Part shown: positions 1 to 10,348 of the stretch, one piece after another
Numbering within the stretch: the stretch's first letter is position 1
Layout: the number at the start of each line of letters is the position of its first letter
Assembly: GCA_963775685.1 (NCBI GenBank)
Contig: CAVZJV010000014.1
Coordinates: 1,216,001 to 1,280,000, forward strand
Source: Candidatus Bathyarchaeota archaeon
GTDB lineage: Archaea; Thermoproteota; Bathyarchaeia; Bathyarchaeales; Bathycorpusculaceae
DNA: 64,000 nucleotides
Direction: 5' to 3'
Position numbers and translations under genes: made by a program
The notes under the pieces: generated by a model
What the model saw: only the letters and a program-made list of their open reading frames with translations
Databases searched by the model: none
What the model was told of the DNA's origin: nothing

Positions 1-319
1 CGATTGCTTCATAGCCTGCGTACACGCTAAATGAGCGGTTTGGAACAAAAACTGCGTTTAGGTCGGTTAGCTGCTTTACGACCTCAGGGGTTGTTATATC
101 TGAGAAATGGTCTAGGAATATGAAATTGTCAAATATGTTTCGGTAGTAGCGGGCATAGGTTTTTTCTCGCCCGTTTTGACAAACAACAACAGTTTTGAAG
201 CCTTCCTGTTTGGCTCCTGAAGCAATCTCCAATGCGGAGTGTGAACCTAAGACGCCTATGTGGATTTTCTTTTGGTCGTAATCGGCGATAGTTTCCTTAA
301 TTTTATTTTTCATCGTCAT
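1..319 (-). CDS. purP: PurP-family FAICAR synthetase (formate-AICAR ligase), 5' part; runs off window start
   Basis: Manual translation MTMKNKIKETIADYDQKKIHIGVLGSHSALEIASGAKQEGF...FVPNRSF; ATG overlaps purC stop (ATGA). Confidence 0.9.
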   Translation of the reverse strand, partial: MTMKNKIKETIADYDQKKIHIGVLGSHSALEIASGAKQEGFKTVVVCQNGREKTYARYYRNIFDNFIFLDHFSDITTPEVVKQLTDLNAVFVPNRSFSVYAGYEAI

Positions 320-1374
320 ACTTTTTCACCCATATATGTCATGTAATCATCAATTACTTTGGCAAGTTTTGGAGTATCAAATAGTGAAATATTCGTCATC
401 TCGTTGGCAACTGCCATGTACATCTGGCTGATGACCGTTTTAAGTTTGGGGTCAAGTGGGGATGGCTTCGACTTGCATAATGATTTCCAGTCTTGAATTC
501 CCCGCGATTCTGCATCTTTTTTTGCTTGCTCCAAATCGTTATACCAAGTAGTTTTCTTGTAGAATTGCCTAGCGACCTCTTTGCTGACGTGTACGCCCTC
601 TAAAGTAAAACGGCATTCATCAAGGGTTCCCAACACGTCGACAAGCATAAGTTCTCTTTTTTCGTCAAAAGCTAACTCAATTTTTCCATCTTCATTCTTC
701 AAACCTGCGTTTGAAGCGGCCTTTGTGATGGTTTCATCCGCTTTCAGCAATACACCTTTAACGTCGACAAGTTCACTGTCAGTTAAGGATGCGATTTTCT
801 GTGCCTCTGTCCACGTGACGTAGCGGTCAGTTTCTTCCAGTTTTGTGCTGACATCGAAGATTGGTTTTGAGAGATTTTCGCCTGGTTTAGGCTGGTGGTC
901 TAACCCAAGGTCTTTTAAGGTCACTTTTCTCTGGGCCAATCGTTTAAACACAGAAGAGCCTTCGGGTAAGCCATTACGGTAGATGATTTCAAGCGGGATG
1001 AGACAGTTTTTCAGTGGTGAATTATAAATACTGTAGTCATGCACAATTTGGCCATTTGTCACCGATGTTTTGGGTCTATAAACGTTAACCAAAGCAACTT
1101 CCATTGTGTTTGAGGGCTGCTTGAGTTCGGCAACTCTTACAGCCTTGCCTTTGTCGTTGACTAAGCCCAAATAGTGAGTCTTAACCCCAATCGCCTCAAG
1201 TTGTTCAAAGCAGTAAGCACCCATCAAGCATAGAGCGGCGCCTTTGCCGTCAATATGGTCAGGCATTTCTCCCCAGTCAAAAACGCTATAACGATCCGAA
1301 AAGAGGAATCTACCTGTGCCCATAGTTGTTTGAGTTGGTTTCCGGAGTACTTGTAGGTCTTTTACGCTGCCCAT
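316..1374 (-). CDS. purC: SAICAR synthetase
   Basis: GSVKDL, FSDRYSVFDWG, DGKIE, VDVLGTLDECRF motifs; purine gene context. Confidence 0.93.
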   Translation of the reverse strand: MGSVKDLQVLRKPTQTTMGTGRFLFSDRYSVFDWGEMPDHIDGKGAALCLMGAYCFEQLEAIGVKTHYLGLVNDKGKAVRVAELKQPSNTMEVALVNVYRPKTSVTNGQIVHDYSIYNSPLKNCLIPLEIIYRNGLPEGSSVFKRLAQRKVTLKDLGLDHQPKPGENLSKPIFDVSTKLEETDRYVTWTEAQKIASLTDSELVDVKGVLLKADETITKAASNAGLKNEDGKIELAFDEKRELMLVDVLGTLDECRFTLEGVHVSKEVARQFYKKTTWYNDLEQAKKDAESRGIQDWKSLCKSKPSPLDPKLKTVISQMYMAVANEMTNISLFDTPKLAKVIDDYMTYMGEKV

Positions 1375-1784
1375 ATTGGTTGCCTCAAATTCGTGGTAGT
1401 TATTTGTTTTTGCCCTTATATCGCTTTATCTGCCACAGCTTCAAAATCGCTGTTTTGTTTTCCGTCTTTTCTTGTCAACGTTCGAAAAAACAAAGCATTC
1501 TAAACAAACGACGAATTAACAAAATGGCAAGTTAGCAAATGTTGAGTTTAATGTAAGAGACAAAGGTCTCACTCGAAACCATTTCGTTTCAACATGGAAT
1601 TAATACACCTTCACATATTGGGCTCAAGAAAAAGACGCAGCATGGAAAAGATAGCGCGTTTTTTGTCATAAATAGAAACAGGGAAAAAACATGACTATCT
1701 TGGCTGAAACTTTATCTATTGGATATTGGCTTTCTTGAGTAAAAGGACTACAAGTGCCTAAATTAACTGTCAAGGTTAAAATTT

Positions 1785-2348
1785 ATGACTGAGGCAGCAT
1801 CAACCCCAACCCAAAAAAGTAACCCACCCATAAAAGCTTCCGAAATTGATCCTAAGTTCAAGTATGAACTGCAGAAAATTCATGGAAGCGAAAAGATTCT
1901 GAAATGTTTCCAGTGCGGAACATGCACATCCGATTGCCCAGTTGCACGCTTCAGCGACAGTTACAGGCCACGAACGCTAATACACATGGCGCAACTTGGC
2001 TTAAAAGACCGCGTATTAAACAGCGACACCTTATGGCTATGCGCAGCATGCTTCACATGTACAGATCGCTGCCCTCAAGATGTGGAGGTAGCAGCTGTAA
2101 TACGTGTGTTCCGCAACCTAGCCGCAGAAAAAGGCTGTTTCCCACAGGTCTTCAAAGACCAAGCCTCAAGCCTACTAGAATCAGGTTACGCCTACAAAAT
2201 CCCCGAACTCAGAATAAAGAAACGTGAATCCCAAGGGCTCCCACCCCTTCCTAAAGGCAACCCCGAAAACATCAAAAAAACTCTCAAAGGCATAAAATTC
2301 ATAGAAAAAATACAAAAGCCTCAAGGAGAAAAAGCAAGTGGGCAATAA
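1785..2348 (+). CDS. hdrC: Heterodisulfide reductase subunit C
   Basis: Two CxxCxxCxxxCP ferredoxin motifs; overlaps hdrB. Confidence 0.9.
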   Translation: MTEAASTPTQKSNPPIKASEIDPKFKYELQKIHGSEKILKCFQCGTCTSDCPVARFSDSYRPRTLIHMAQLGLKDRVLNSDTLWLCAACFTCTDRCPQDVEVAAVIRVFRNLAAEKGCFPQVFKDQASSLLESGYAYKIPELRIKKRESQGLPPLPKGNPENIKKTLKGIKFIEKIQKPQGEKASGQ

Positions 2349-3228
2349 ATACCTAATATTCCTCGGGTGTGCCATTCCATACAGAGTTTCTGGCTACGAG
2401 ATTTCCGCACGCAAAGTCCTCGGTAAACTCGGTGTTGAACTCGTTGAGATGCCTGAATTCAACTGTTGTGGTTTACCTTTAGACCCAGTTAGCCATGAAA
2501 CCATGCTCATTTTGGCGGCTAAGAACTTGGCGTTGGCGGAACAGCAGGGCTTAAACATCTTGACTTTGTGTCCAGGCTGCGCTGGAACACTAAAGAAAGT
2601 TAACAAAATCCTAAAAGCTGACAAAGTCCAAAGAGAAGAAATTAACGCTCACCTAAAGGAAACAGGCTTAGAATTCAAGGGAACCATCGAAACCAAACAT
2701 CTTCTGCAACTCTTAAAAGAAGATATTGGCTTAGAAAAAATCAAAGCTTCAGTTGTTAAGCCGTTGACAAACCTCAAAGTAGCTGAGCATAATGGTTGCC
2801 ACATCTTAAGACCTAAAGAATACATCGGTTTTGATGATCCTGAAGACCCCCAAACGCTTAAAATGCTCATAGAAGCGACAGGAGCCACTTGCCTAGACTA
2901 TATCGATGAAACCGAATGCTGTGGAGCACCCAGCGTTGGCGTAAGCGACAAAGTGGCATTGGCATTAGCAAAAGACAAACTAAGCCACATAAAACAGGTT
3001 GAGGCGCAAGCCTTAATCACGATTTGTCCGTTTTGCCATATAATGTACGATACAAATGAGTTGCGCATAGAGAAACTATTTAATGAAACCTATGGAATTC
3101 CAATACTTCATTACCCACAACTGCTTGGATTAGCGATGGGTATGTGTCCTGAAGAGTTAGCCTTCAGCGAACTTCGAGTAAACGCATCAAACCTATTAAA
3201 ACAAATAATAGGAGCAAACAAACCATGA
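2338..3228 (+). CDS. hdrB: Heterodisulfide reductase subunit B
   Basis: Two CCG domains (FLGC...CCG...CPGC; HNGCH...CCG...CPFC). Confidence 0.92.
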   Translation: MGNKYLIFLGCAIPYRVSGYEISARKVLGKLGVELVEMPEFNCCGLPLDPVSHETMLILAAKNLALAEQQGLNILTLCPGCAGTLKKVNKILKADKVQREEINAHLKETGLEFKGTIETKHLLQLLKEDIGLEKIKASVVKPLTNLKVAEHNGCHILRPKEYIGFDDPEDPQTLKMLIEATGATCLDYIDETECCGAPSVGVSDKVALALAKDKLSHIKQVEAQALITICPFCHIMYDTNELRIEKLFNETYGIPILHYPQLLGLAMGMCPEELAFSELRVNASNLLKQIIGANKP

Positions 3229-4214
3229 GCCAAAACAAACTAAAAATAGCCTTCTACTGGGCTGCAAGCTGCGGCGGCTGCGAAATTGCCGTCTTAGACA
3301 TAAATGAGAAAATCCTCGATGTAATAAAAATCGCAGACATAGTTTTCTGGCCAGTAGCCATCGATGTCAAATATAAAGACGTTGAGGCACTCCAAGACAA
3401 ACACATCGACATAACATTCTTCAATGGCTCAATCCGGAATTCAGAACAAGAACACATGGCTAAATTGCTTAGAGCAAAATCTAAGACTCTTGTCGCTTTC
3501 GGCTCATGTGCCCACGAAGGATGCGTTCCAGGCTTAGCAAACCTAAATGACAAGAAAGAAATTTTCGAGCAAGTCTACATAAAAGACAAATCAAACGTCA
3601 ATCCCCAAGCTGTCACTCCTAAAGCTCAAACTCAAGTTAAAGAAGGCACCCTTACAATCCCCGAGTTCTATGACACTGTAAAGACATTAGCGCAAACAGT
3701 CGATGTTGACTATTATCTTCCAGGTTGCCCACCTCCAGTTAAACTAATTGCGGCAGCAGTTGATGCAATTGCAAGCAACAAACTCCCACCTAAAGGCTCA
3801 GTTCTGGCTCCACTCAAGGCAGTCTGCGACGAATGCCCAAGAAAACGCGAAAACAAGAAAATTGACAAAATCTATCGTGTGTACGAGAAAACGCCTGAAC
3901 CAGAAAAATGCCTGATGGAACAAGGCATAGTTTGCATGGGAATGGCAACAAGAAGCGGCTGCGGTGCACAATGCCTCAAAGTTGACATGCCCTGCACTGG
4001 CTGCGGTGGCAAGGCACCAAGCGTGCCTGAGCAAGGTGCAGCTATGATAACTGCGCTTGCTTCGATTCTAGGTTACGATGGTGTAGAAGGAAAAACCAAG
4101 TACACTGAAGAAGAAATTGAAGAATTAATGAACCAAATCAAAGATCCAGTCGGCACAGTATACATGTACAGTTTACCGGCTTCCATATTGAAGAGAAAGG
4201 TGATTAAAAAATGA
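3225..4214 (+). CDS. mvhG: F420-non-reducing [NiFe] hydrogenase small subunit
   Basis: AASCGGC, FGSCA, LPGCPP, C-terminal Cys clusters (CDEC, CLMEQGIVCMG, PCTGC). Confidence 0.88.
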   Translation: MSQNKLKIAFYWAASCGGCEIAVLDINEKILDVIKIADIVFWPVAIDVKYKDVEALQDKHIDITFFNGSIRNSEQEHMAKLLRAKSKTLVAFGSCAHEGCVPGLANLNDKKEIFEQVYIKDKSNVNPQAVTPKAQTQVKEGTLTIPEFYDTVKTLAQTVDVDYYLPGCPPPVKLIAAAVDAIASNKLPPKGSVLAPLKAVCDECPRKRENKKIDKIYRVYEKTPEPEKCLMEQGIVCMGMATRSGCGAQCLKVDMPCTGCGGKAPSVPEQGAAMITALASILGYDGVEGKTKYTEEEIEELMNQIKDPVGTVYMYSLPASILKRKVIKK

Positions 4215-5665
4215 AAGAAATAATAATAGACCCAATCACACGTCTTGAGGGACATGGAAATGTTTCCATATTCCTAAATGACCAAGGTGAAGTAGAAAAC
4301 GCTTACCTAAAAATCCCTGAGCTTCGCGGCTTCGAAAAATTCTGCATCGGTAGAAGAGCCGAACTCATGCCTCAACTTACAACCAGAATTTGCGGTGTAT
4401 GTCCCGTTGCTCATCACTTTGCAGCAGCCAAAGCATTAGATGCAGCATTCAACGTTGAGCCACCTGCCCCGGCAAAGAAACTTCGAGAACTCATGTACAG
4501 CGCATACTTCATCTATGATCACACTTTACACTTCTATTTCCTAGGTGGTCCAGACTTCGTTGTAGGACCAGATGCGCCGCCAGAAAAACGCAACATCCTT
4601 GGCGTAATCGAGAAAGTAGGCATCCCCATTGCATCAGAAGTCATAAAACACCGCGCTTATGGACAAAAGATAACTGAAATCCTCGGCGGAAAAGCAACCC
4701 ACCCTGTCTGCGGTTTGCCAGGCGGAATCTCCAAGCCCCTTAACGAAGAGAACCGCAAAGAAATCGAGAATATGGCGTCTTCATGTGTTAACTTTGCGCA
4801 GTTCACACTCAAACTTTTCCATGATGTTGTTTTAGGCAATACCAAATACGTTGACCTTATCAAAAGTCAAGCTTACACCATGCCAACTTATTATATGGGC
4901 ACAGTTGACGAAAACAACAAAGTTAACTTTTATGATGGAAAAGTCCGTGTTGTGGACCCATCTGGTAAAGAATTCTTAAAGTTTGAATCAAAAGACTACC
5001 TTAAACACATTGGTGAAAATGTAGAAGAATGGACCTACAGCAAGTTCCCATACCTAAAAGCAGTTGGCTGGAAAGGCCAGGTTGCTGGCGCAGATAGCGG
5101 AGTTTACAGAGTTGGTCCACTTGGACGCCTAAACGCATCCGACGGTATGGCAACACCCCTTGCACAAGCAGAATACCAAGAAATGTACAAGACCTTGGGC
5201 GGCAAACCAGTTCATAGCACACTCGCGTTTCACTGGGCAAGACTCATCGAACTGCTTTACGCCACTGAAAGGGCAATGGAGCTTGTTAAAGACCCCGAAA
5301 TCACTAGCACAAACGTTCGCAACACACCAGGCGAACCAGGCGAAGGAGTAGGCATCGTTGAAGCGGCGCGCGGCACATTAATTCACCACTATACACTCGA
5401 CAAAGAGGCACTTGTCAAAGACGTAAACCTAATTGTTGCAACAACCAACAATTACCCTGCTATCTGCATGAGCATTCGTGACGCAGCAAAAGGTTTAATC
5501 CATGGCGGGAAAGTCGACCAAGGCATACTAAACATGGTTGAGATGGCTTTTCGAGCATACGATCCATGCTTTGGATGTGCAACCCACGCTGCAGTTGGAC
5601 AAATGCCATTAACCGTTGAAGTCTTCAACGCACAAAAGCAGTTAGTCAGCTCTATTAGTCGGTAG
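4211..5665 (+). CDS. mvhA: [NiFe] hydrogenase large subunit (group 3c, MvhA-type)
   Basis: TRLEGH, RICGVC (L1), YDPCFGCATH (L2) followed by a cleavable C-terminal extension. Confidence 0.9.
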   Translation: MKEIIIDPITRLEGHGNVSIFLNDQGEVENAYLKIPELRGFEKFCIGRRAELMPQLTTRICGVCPVAHHFAAAKALDAAFNVEPPAPAKKLRELMYSAYFIYDHTLHFYFLGGPDFVVGPDAPPEKRNILGVIEKVGIPIASEVIKHRAYGQKITEILGGKATHPVCGLPGGISKPLNEENRKEIENMASSCVNFAQFTLKLFHDVVLGNTKYVDLIKSQAYTMPTYYMGTVDENNKVNFYDGKVRVVDPSGKEFLKFESKDYLKHIGENVEEWTYSKFPYLKAVGWKGQVAGADSGVYRVGPLGRLNASDGMATPLAQAEYQEMYKTLGGKPVHSTLAFHWARLIELLYATERAMELVKDPEITSTNVRNTPGEPGEGVGIVEAARGTLIHHYTLDKEALVKDVNLIVATTNNYPAICMSIRDAAKGLIHGGKVDQGILNMVEMAFRAYDPCFGCATHAAVGQMPLTVEVFNAQKQLVSSISR

Positions 5666-5754
5666 TTGGCCCTTTTTTCCTCGGGCAATTTATTTCTTGT
5701 TTTTAATTCATGATAAATCTTATTATTACTCGTTATTGAATAAATCCTAGTTAT

Positions 5755-6240
5755 GTGATTGCTTTGAAATCCTTAGTCGTCTATTATTCCAGAACCGGTA
5801 ATGCACGTTTCGTCGCTGAAACTATCGCGGCAGAAGTTGGTGCCGACGTTGAAGAAGTCATTGACCTCAAAAAACGAAGCGGCATATTCGGCTATTTGAG
5901 TGGTGGTTCAGATGCTCGACGTGGAAGAGAAACTGAAATTGCTCCGACCAAAAAATCCCCAGAAGGCTATGACCTGATAATTGTTGGTTCGCCCATTTGG
6001 GCAGGACGAGCAACTCCGGCCATAACAACTTACCTTAGAAAGAACGACCTTTCAGGCAAGAAAGTAGCCATTTTCTTTGTGCAGGGAGGCAAAAAACCTG
6101 CAGGCATTGAACAAACCAAAGCGTTAATGCCTAACTCGGAGTGCATTGGGGAGCTATCAGAAGTTAACGCATTACGGAATAGAAAAGAATCGGAAAAACA
6201 AATAGTGGAATGGTGCAAAACCCTCCTCACTAAAAGCTAA
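5755..6240 (+). CDS. Flavodoxin-like protein
   Basis: YYSRTGNA FMN loop; YDLIIVGSPIWAG. Confidence 0.85.
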   Translation: MIALKSLVVYYSRTGNARFVAETIAAEVGADVEEVIDLKKRSGIFGYLSGGSDARRGRETEIAPTKKSPEGYDLIIVGSPIWAGRATPAITTYLRKNDLSGKKVAIFFVQGGKKPAGIEQTKALMPNSECIGELSEVNALRNRKESEKQIVEWCKTLLTKS

Positions 6241-6325
6241 AGCCGATTTCTTCCCAAAAACCCTAACAATTTAGGGTAAAGTCTTATTTGAGCCAGTACC
6301 TTAACTTACTACAAAAGGGATTTAC

Positions 6326-6685
6326 ATGCAGCCGCAACCACCAAACCCTGAACATAAAAGAATGAAACGAGAGAAGAAAACAATCGGCTACATGGTGGAA
6401 ATCTACTGCCAGAACCATCACGACACCCACGGTGAACTATGCCCCGAATGCAGACAATTCAAAGAATACGCCTTTATGCGGCTAGATAAATGTCCATTCC
6501 AAGACAAGAAAAGCACCTGCGGCAAATGCTTAATCCACTGCTATCGCCCTGACATGAAAGAAAAAGCAAAAATCATAATGCGTTACGCTGGTCCGCGCAT
6601 GCTTGTCCATCATCCTACATTAGCGTTGCATCATGTTTTGGATGCCCGCCGAAAACCTCCAGTGTTGGCAAAGAAAGCAAATTAG
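6326..6685 (+). CDS. YgbA-like (nitrous-oxide-stimulated promoter family) Cys-rich protein
   Basis: REKKTI..M..IYC..HH, RLDKCPF, CGKCLIHCY, MRYAGPRML..HP. Confidence 0.8.
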   Translation: MQPQPPNPEHKRMKREKKTIGYMVEIYCQNHHDTHGELCPECRQFKEYAFMRLDKCPFQDKKSTCGKCLIHCYRPDMKEKAKIIMRYAGPRMLVHHPTLALHHVLDARRKPPVLAKKAN

Positions 6686-6730
6686 AGACACCTTTTTCAA
6701 GCTTCAAGCTCATCTTTAGGTGGTATACTC

Positions 6731-7216
6731 ATGGCTGGCGACTTTCAGTTAGAATTAGTAAAGTGGCTTGTTGGAGCAGAAAATATCGTCATAGCTGGAA
6801 TTGGAAATTCTATTCGCCAAGATGACTACGTTGGGTTAAAAATCGTTGAGGACATGCAGGGAAAAGTTTCAGAAAACGTTCGCCTTTTGGAATGCGAGAC
6901 GGTTCCCGAAAGTTACTTGTTGGATATAGAACAGCTCAAACCCACACATGTCCTGTTGATTGATGCTGCTTTTTTAGGGCTAAAACCTGGAGAAGCCCGT
7001 CTTTTTGATGCACAAAAAATCGTGGATTTTCCTGCAGTCACTACCCATGTGTTGCCTTTGAGGATTTTCTGCGAGTACATTAAGCAAGCGACAGGCGCAA
7101 AAATCGGTCTGTTGCTTATTGAACCAAAGGTTATGGAGTTTGGAGAAGGCTTAAGCGATGAAGTGAATGCATCGGCAGAACGGTTAACTAAATTTTTGCT
7201 TTCAATGCTTTGTTAA
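6731..7216 (+). CDS. hycI: Hydrogenase maturation protease (HycI-like)
   Basis: GIGN..R.DD..G, ETVPE, IDAA, TTH motifs. Confidence 0.8.
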   Translation: MAGDFQLELVKWLVGAENIVIAGIGNSIRQDDYVGLKIVEDMQGKVSENVRLLECETVPESYLLDIEQLKPTHVLLIDAAFLGLKPGEARLFDAQKIVDFPAVTTHVLPLRIFCEYIKQATGAKIGLLLIEPKVMEFGEGLSDEVNASAERLTKFLLSMLC

Positions 7217-7668
7217 GTCTTTTTGAAAACGTAAGTTATGCTGAGCTTTATTTTGCCTTTAGAATAATCGGTTTCTTTGACTTCGATTTGGTCCGTATTT
7301 ATCCAGTTTACCGTTGTTTTTTCTTCTAAATCTTCTTTTTCAAAGCACCTTTCAACTGAACTCAAGGTTTTTGTAGTCTATCCATTCACCGATATGACCA
7401 TGAGATTCACCTTTGGAGGTTACTCTGAAAAGATGCATCTTGCCTGTGCTTGGTCAAAACTCCTAATATCGCTCTCATAATAGTCATCCAATCCTTCAAT
7501 GTACAGGTCCATTTCCAAGTCTACGCCAAGTTGAGAGGTCATTTCATAGGCCGTCATAGTTCCGCAACCGGGAGAACCTTTGACGTTGGATGGTTTCATA
7601 GCTATTCCCACTGACCATTCGCCGATTTACTGTTTAAGCAATTTTTGTTCTCTGATCTGCTGTGGCAT
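7213..7668 (-). pseudogene. Decayed gene of unknown function
   Basis: Single frame from ATG 7668 to TAA 7213 (152 codons) interrupted by three stop codons (MPQQIREQKLLKQ*IGEWSVG...FSE*...NG*...). Confidence 0.5.
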
Positions 7669-7821
7669 AAAATCAACCTTGAAAAACCAAGCAGCCTACA
7701 GCCTAATTAGGGTAATAAAGGCTTGTCGTTGGTAGCTTGCAACAAAGGAGAATTTGTCAAGTAAAACTTGTTAAAAACCAATTTAAGCGCTCAATAAACA
7801 TATGTTTCTGAGGTATAGCAA

Positions 7822-8385
7822 ATGATGAATCGAAATGAGCAAATTGAAAACGTCATTTTTCAAGCCTTAGCTCATCCAACTCGAAGAACTATAATTAGGT
7901 TTGTGGAATATAGAAATCAAGGCATATCCTACACTGAACTCATAACTGAACTTGGAATGTCAACGGGAAAACTAAACTACCACATAGAACAGCTGAAGGG
8001 TCTGATTGAAAAAAACAGCAATCAACGTTACGTTTTGACTCCTTTTGGCAAAAAAGCTATCGAGCACCTTAACCTTATCGAGCAAAAAATCAGTTCCGAA
8101 GATGAAAAATATGTTAAAATAGCCGCTCTATCACAAAAAACCAGTCTTCAACCTATGGTAAAAGCATTCCTATCGATCAGCATTGCTCTATCCGCTGTTT
8201 TGACCTCTATATGGGTCTTTCTAGCTTACGTATTTGCCGTAGAGGGTGCACCAATTATTGCTTATGTTCTTATGCCAGTTCTGATCTCGGTTGGCTTTGG
8301 TTTCCTGGGCTCATTAATATATGCTTTGGTTAAAGCACCCTCATGGGTTAAACGGTTTGAGCAGAGATTTTTCGGAGAAAAATAG
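7822..8385 (+). CDS. ArsR-type winged-HTH protein with two C-terminal TM helices
   Basis: IFQALAHPTRRTII...YTEL...STGKLNYHI; hydrophobic C-terminal half. Confidence 0.75.
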   Translation: MMNRNEQIENVIFQALAHPTRRTIIRFVEYRNQGISYTELITELGMSTGKLNYHIEQLKGLIEKNSNQRYVLTPFGKKAIEHLNLIEQKISSEDEKYVKIAALSQKTSLQPMVKAFLSISIALSAVLTSIWVFLAYVFAVEGAPIIAYVLMPVLISVGFGFLGSLIYALVKAPSWVKRFEQRFFGEK

Positions 8386-8461
8386 CTAAGAAAAGCCAGT
8401 TTCCCCTCTTTTTGAGCTTTTATAAAATATTAATTAGCCTGTTTCTATTTAGCATTGTACC

Positions 8462-8950
8462 GTGAAAACCATGTCTGGAAAAGCAGTAGTGATTATGGGT
8501 TCTGAACGGGATTTGAATTTCTCTCGTGAAATCGCAAAATACCTAAAACTTCTAGGCGTAAACTACGAGTTTCGGGTGGCTTCAGCCCATAAAACTCCAG
8601 AGAAAGTGCTTGAAATAATCAAAGAGTTTGAGAAAGAAAAAGTAGTTTTCATTACTGTTGCGGGTCGCTCCAACGCTTTGAGCGCTTTCATTGATGTTAA
8701 CACTCCAAAGCCAGTTATTGCATGTCCACCATACAGCGAGAAATTCGGCGGAGCAGACATCTACTCTTCGCTAAGGGTTCCAAGCGGCATTGGCAGCGTT
8801 GTAACTATTGAGCCTGAAGGCGCAGCGATTGCAGCCACAAAAATCTTAGCTTTGGAAGACGCAGAGTTGGCTGTTGGAGTGAAGGAGTATCAAGAGAGTA
8901 AACGCAAAGAACTCGACACCGCAAACGAATCAGTAAAGAAACTCAAATAG
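8462..8950 (+). CDS. purE: AIR carboxylase / N5-CAIR mutase
   Basis: IMGS, VASAHKTP, VAGRSNAL, PVIACPP, SSLRVPSG. Confidence 0.92.
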   Translation: MKTMSGKAVVIMGSERDLNFSREIAKYLKLLGVNYEFRVASAHKTPEKVLEIIKEFEKEKVVFITVAGRSNALSAFIDVNTPKPVIACPPYSEKFGGADIYSSLRVPSGIGSVVTIEPEGAAIAATKILALEDAELAVGVKEYQESKRKELDTANESVKKLK

Positions 8951-9300
8951 CAACACTATAACTTCGGTTTTGACAAAATTGCAATTGTTCATCACCACTT
9001 TACAATACGAGTATAGACGAATAGGTTAGTTGTCTGAAGCAGAAATAAAGCAATTTAGAAAACAATGTTTGAACTAGTTGAAGATAGGCGTTGGCTCGGC
9101 TTGAATTTTGACAGTAGTTATCAAGGGATACCTGTCCACAGTTATCTTGTTGATGACGCAAGTTTTGTCATGTACGCCGTCGCCAAAAATACCGGACCAG
9201 CTTAGTCAAGAAATCTTTACTAAAAAACCAGCGGTTAGTCAAGAAATGTTGATAACAAAGCTTTTAACCTAAAAGCAACCAAGTAAAAAATGGTGAAACC

Positions 9301-9489
9301 ACGAAAAAAGGCGCATCATTACTGCTTATCTTAGCAATAATTGCAGCATTTTACTTGGTGATATTTTCGCCCTTTAAAGGTATTTTGCCTCAGTCATTCA
9401 TTATTGTAGTCACCATATTTGCTTCAGTTGCGCTTTTTGGCGTTGTCCTATCCCTCTGTTTTAGAAAAAGAAACAAAAACTTTGCATAA
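9301..9489 (+). CDS. Small 2-TM membrane protein with non-canonical (ACG) or mutated start; not in ORF track
   Basis: Open frame (T)KKGASLLLILAIIAAFYLVIF...LSLCFRKRNKNFA; GGTGA SD-like motif 4 nt before ACG; TTTTAA box at ~9262. Confidence 0.4.
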   Translation, partial: TKKGASLLLILAIIAAFYLVIFSPFKGILPQSFIIVVTIFASVALFGVVLSLCFRKRNKNFA

Positions 9490-9506
9490 TGAAAAAGGAA
9501 AAGAAG

Positions 9507-9788
9507 TTATTCTCTGCATTGCCTAAGGGTACGCAGTTCTTCGATGGTCTTATTTAAAACTGCCTTATCGGTGAAGGATTCAACTGCGGAGACAGGCAAG
9601 CAAACTATAACCTTTCCAAGGTATGGATGCTTGAAACCCAGTTTTTTTGATGCTTCGTCATTTAAAGCGACAAATAAATTGATTATTTGCCAGTTGCTCA
9701 TGTCTAATTCTGCGCTTTGCACTTCTCCGAGGGCAAAGCCATCTGAAGTGAAAGCTGGTTTCCAAAATAACCGTGTAATTTCAACCAT
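9507..9788 (-). CDS. PRC-barrel-like protein
   Basis: K..FTSDG..LGEV...ELD...WQI pattern. Confidence 0.6.
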   Translation of the reverse strand: MVEITRLFWKPAFTSDGFALGEVQSAELDMSNWQIINLFVALNDEASKKLGFKHPYLGKVIVCLPVSAVESFTDKAVLNKTIEELRTLRQCRE

Positions 9789-9897
9789 TTAAAAACCTTC
9801 AGATAGTAAATATCAAGCGCTTCTTTATATCTTTTTTTTAAAGGCAGATGCAGAAGTCTTTTAGCTTTCCAAGAATAATAGTTACTTTGGTGTTTTA

Positions 9898-10287
9898 TTG
9901 TCAAATTCTAAAAACCAAACTACCCTAAATCAGCTTACCCCTGAAGAACAACAGGTCATCGTAAAGAAAGGCACCGAAATACCCTTCACAGGAAAATACT
10001 ATGCATTCTGGGAAAAAGGCACCTATGTCTGCAAACGCTGCGGAGCAAAACTGTACCGTTCAGAAAACAAGTTTGAAGCAAACTGCGGCTGGCCAAGCTT
10101 TGACGACGAAATTCCCGGTGCAGTAAACCGGCTTCCTGACCCCGATGGTGTGAGAACAGAAATTCAATGCATTAACTGCGGCGCCCACCTTGGACATGTC
10201 TTCACGGGTGAGCATTTTACTGAAAAAGATACGCGGCATTGTGTTAATTCTATGTCGATGGAGTTTATCCCAGACAAAACCCCGTAG
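9898..10287 (+). CDS. msrB: Methionine-(R)-sulfoxide reductase B
   Basis: KGTE.PFTG, CGWPSF, RTEI.C..C..HLGHVF, RHCVNS. Confidence 0.95.
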   Translation: MSNSKNQTTLNQLTPEEQQVIVKKGTEIPFTGKYYAFWEKGTYVCKRCGAKLYRSENKFEANCGWPSFDDEIPGAVNRLPDPDGVRTEIQCINCGAHLGHVFTGEHFTEKDTRHCVNSMSMEFIPDKTP

Positions 10288-10348
10288 CTTCAACGCGAAA
10301 GAGTTATACACGACATAGCCCAAGTGGCATTTAGCAGGCGGCTCGGCT

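Noticed and set aside
4211-5665. Selenocysteine-type [NiFeSe] hydrogenase
   Set aside because: The L2 motif is DPCFGC with ordinary Cys codons and no in-frame TGA.
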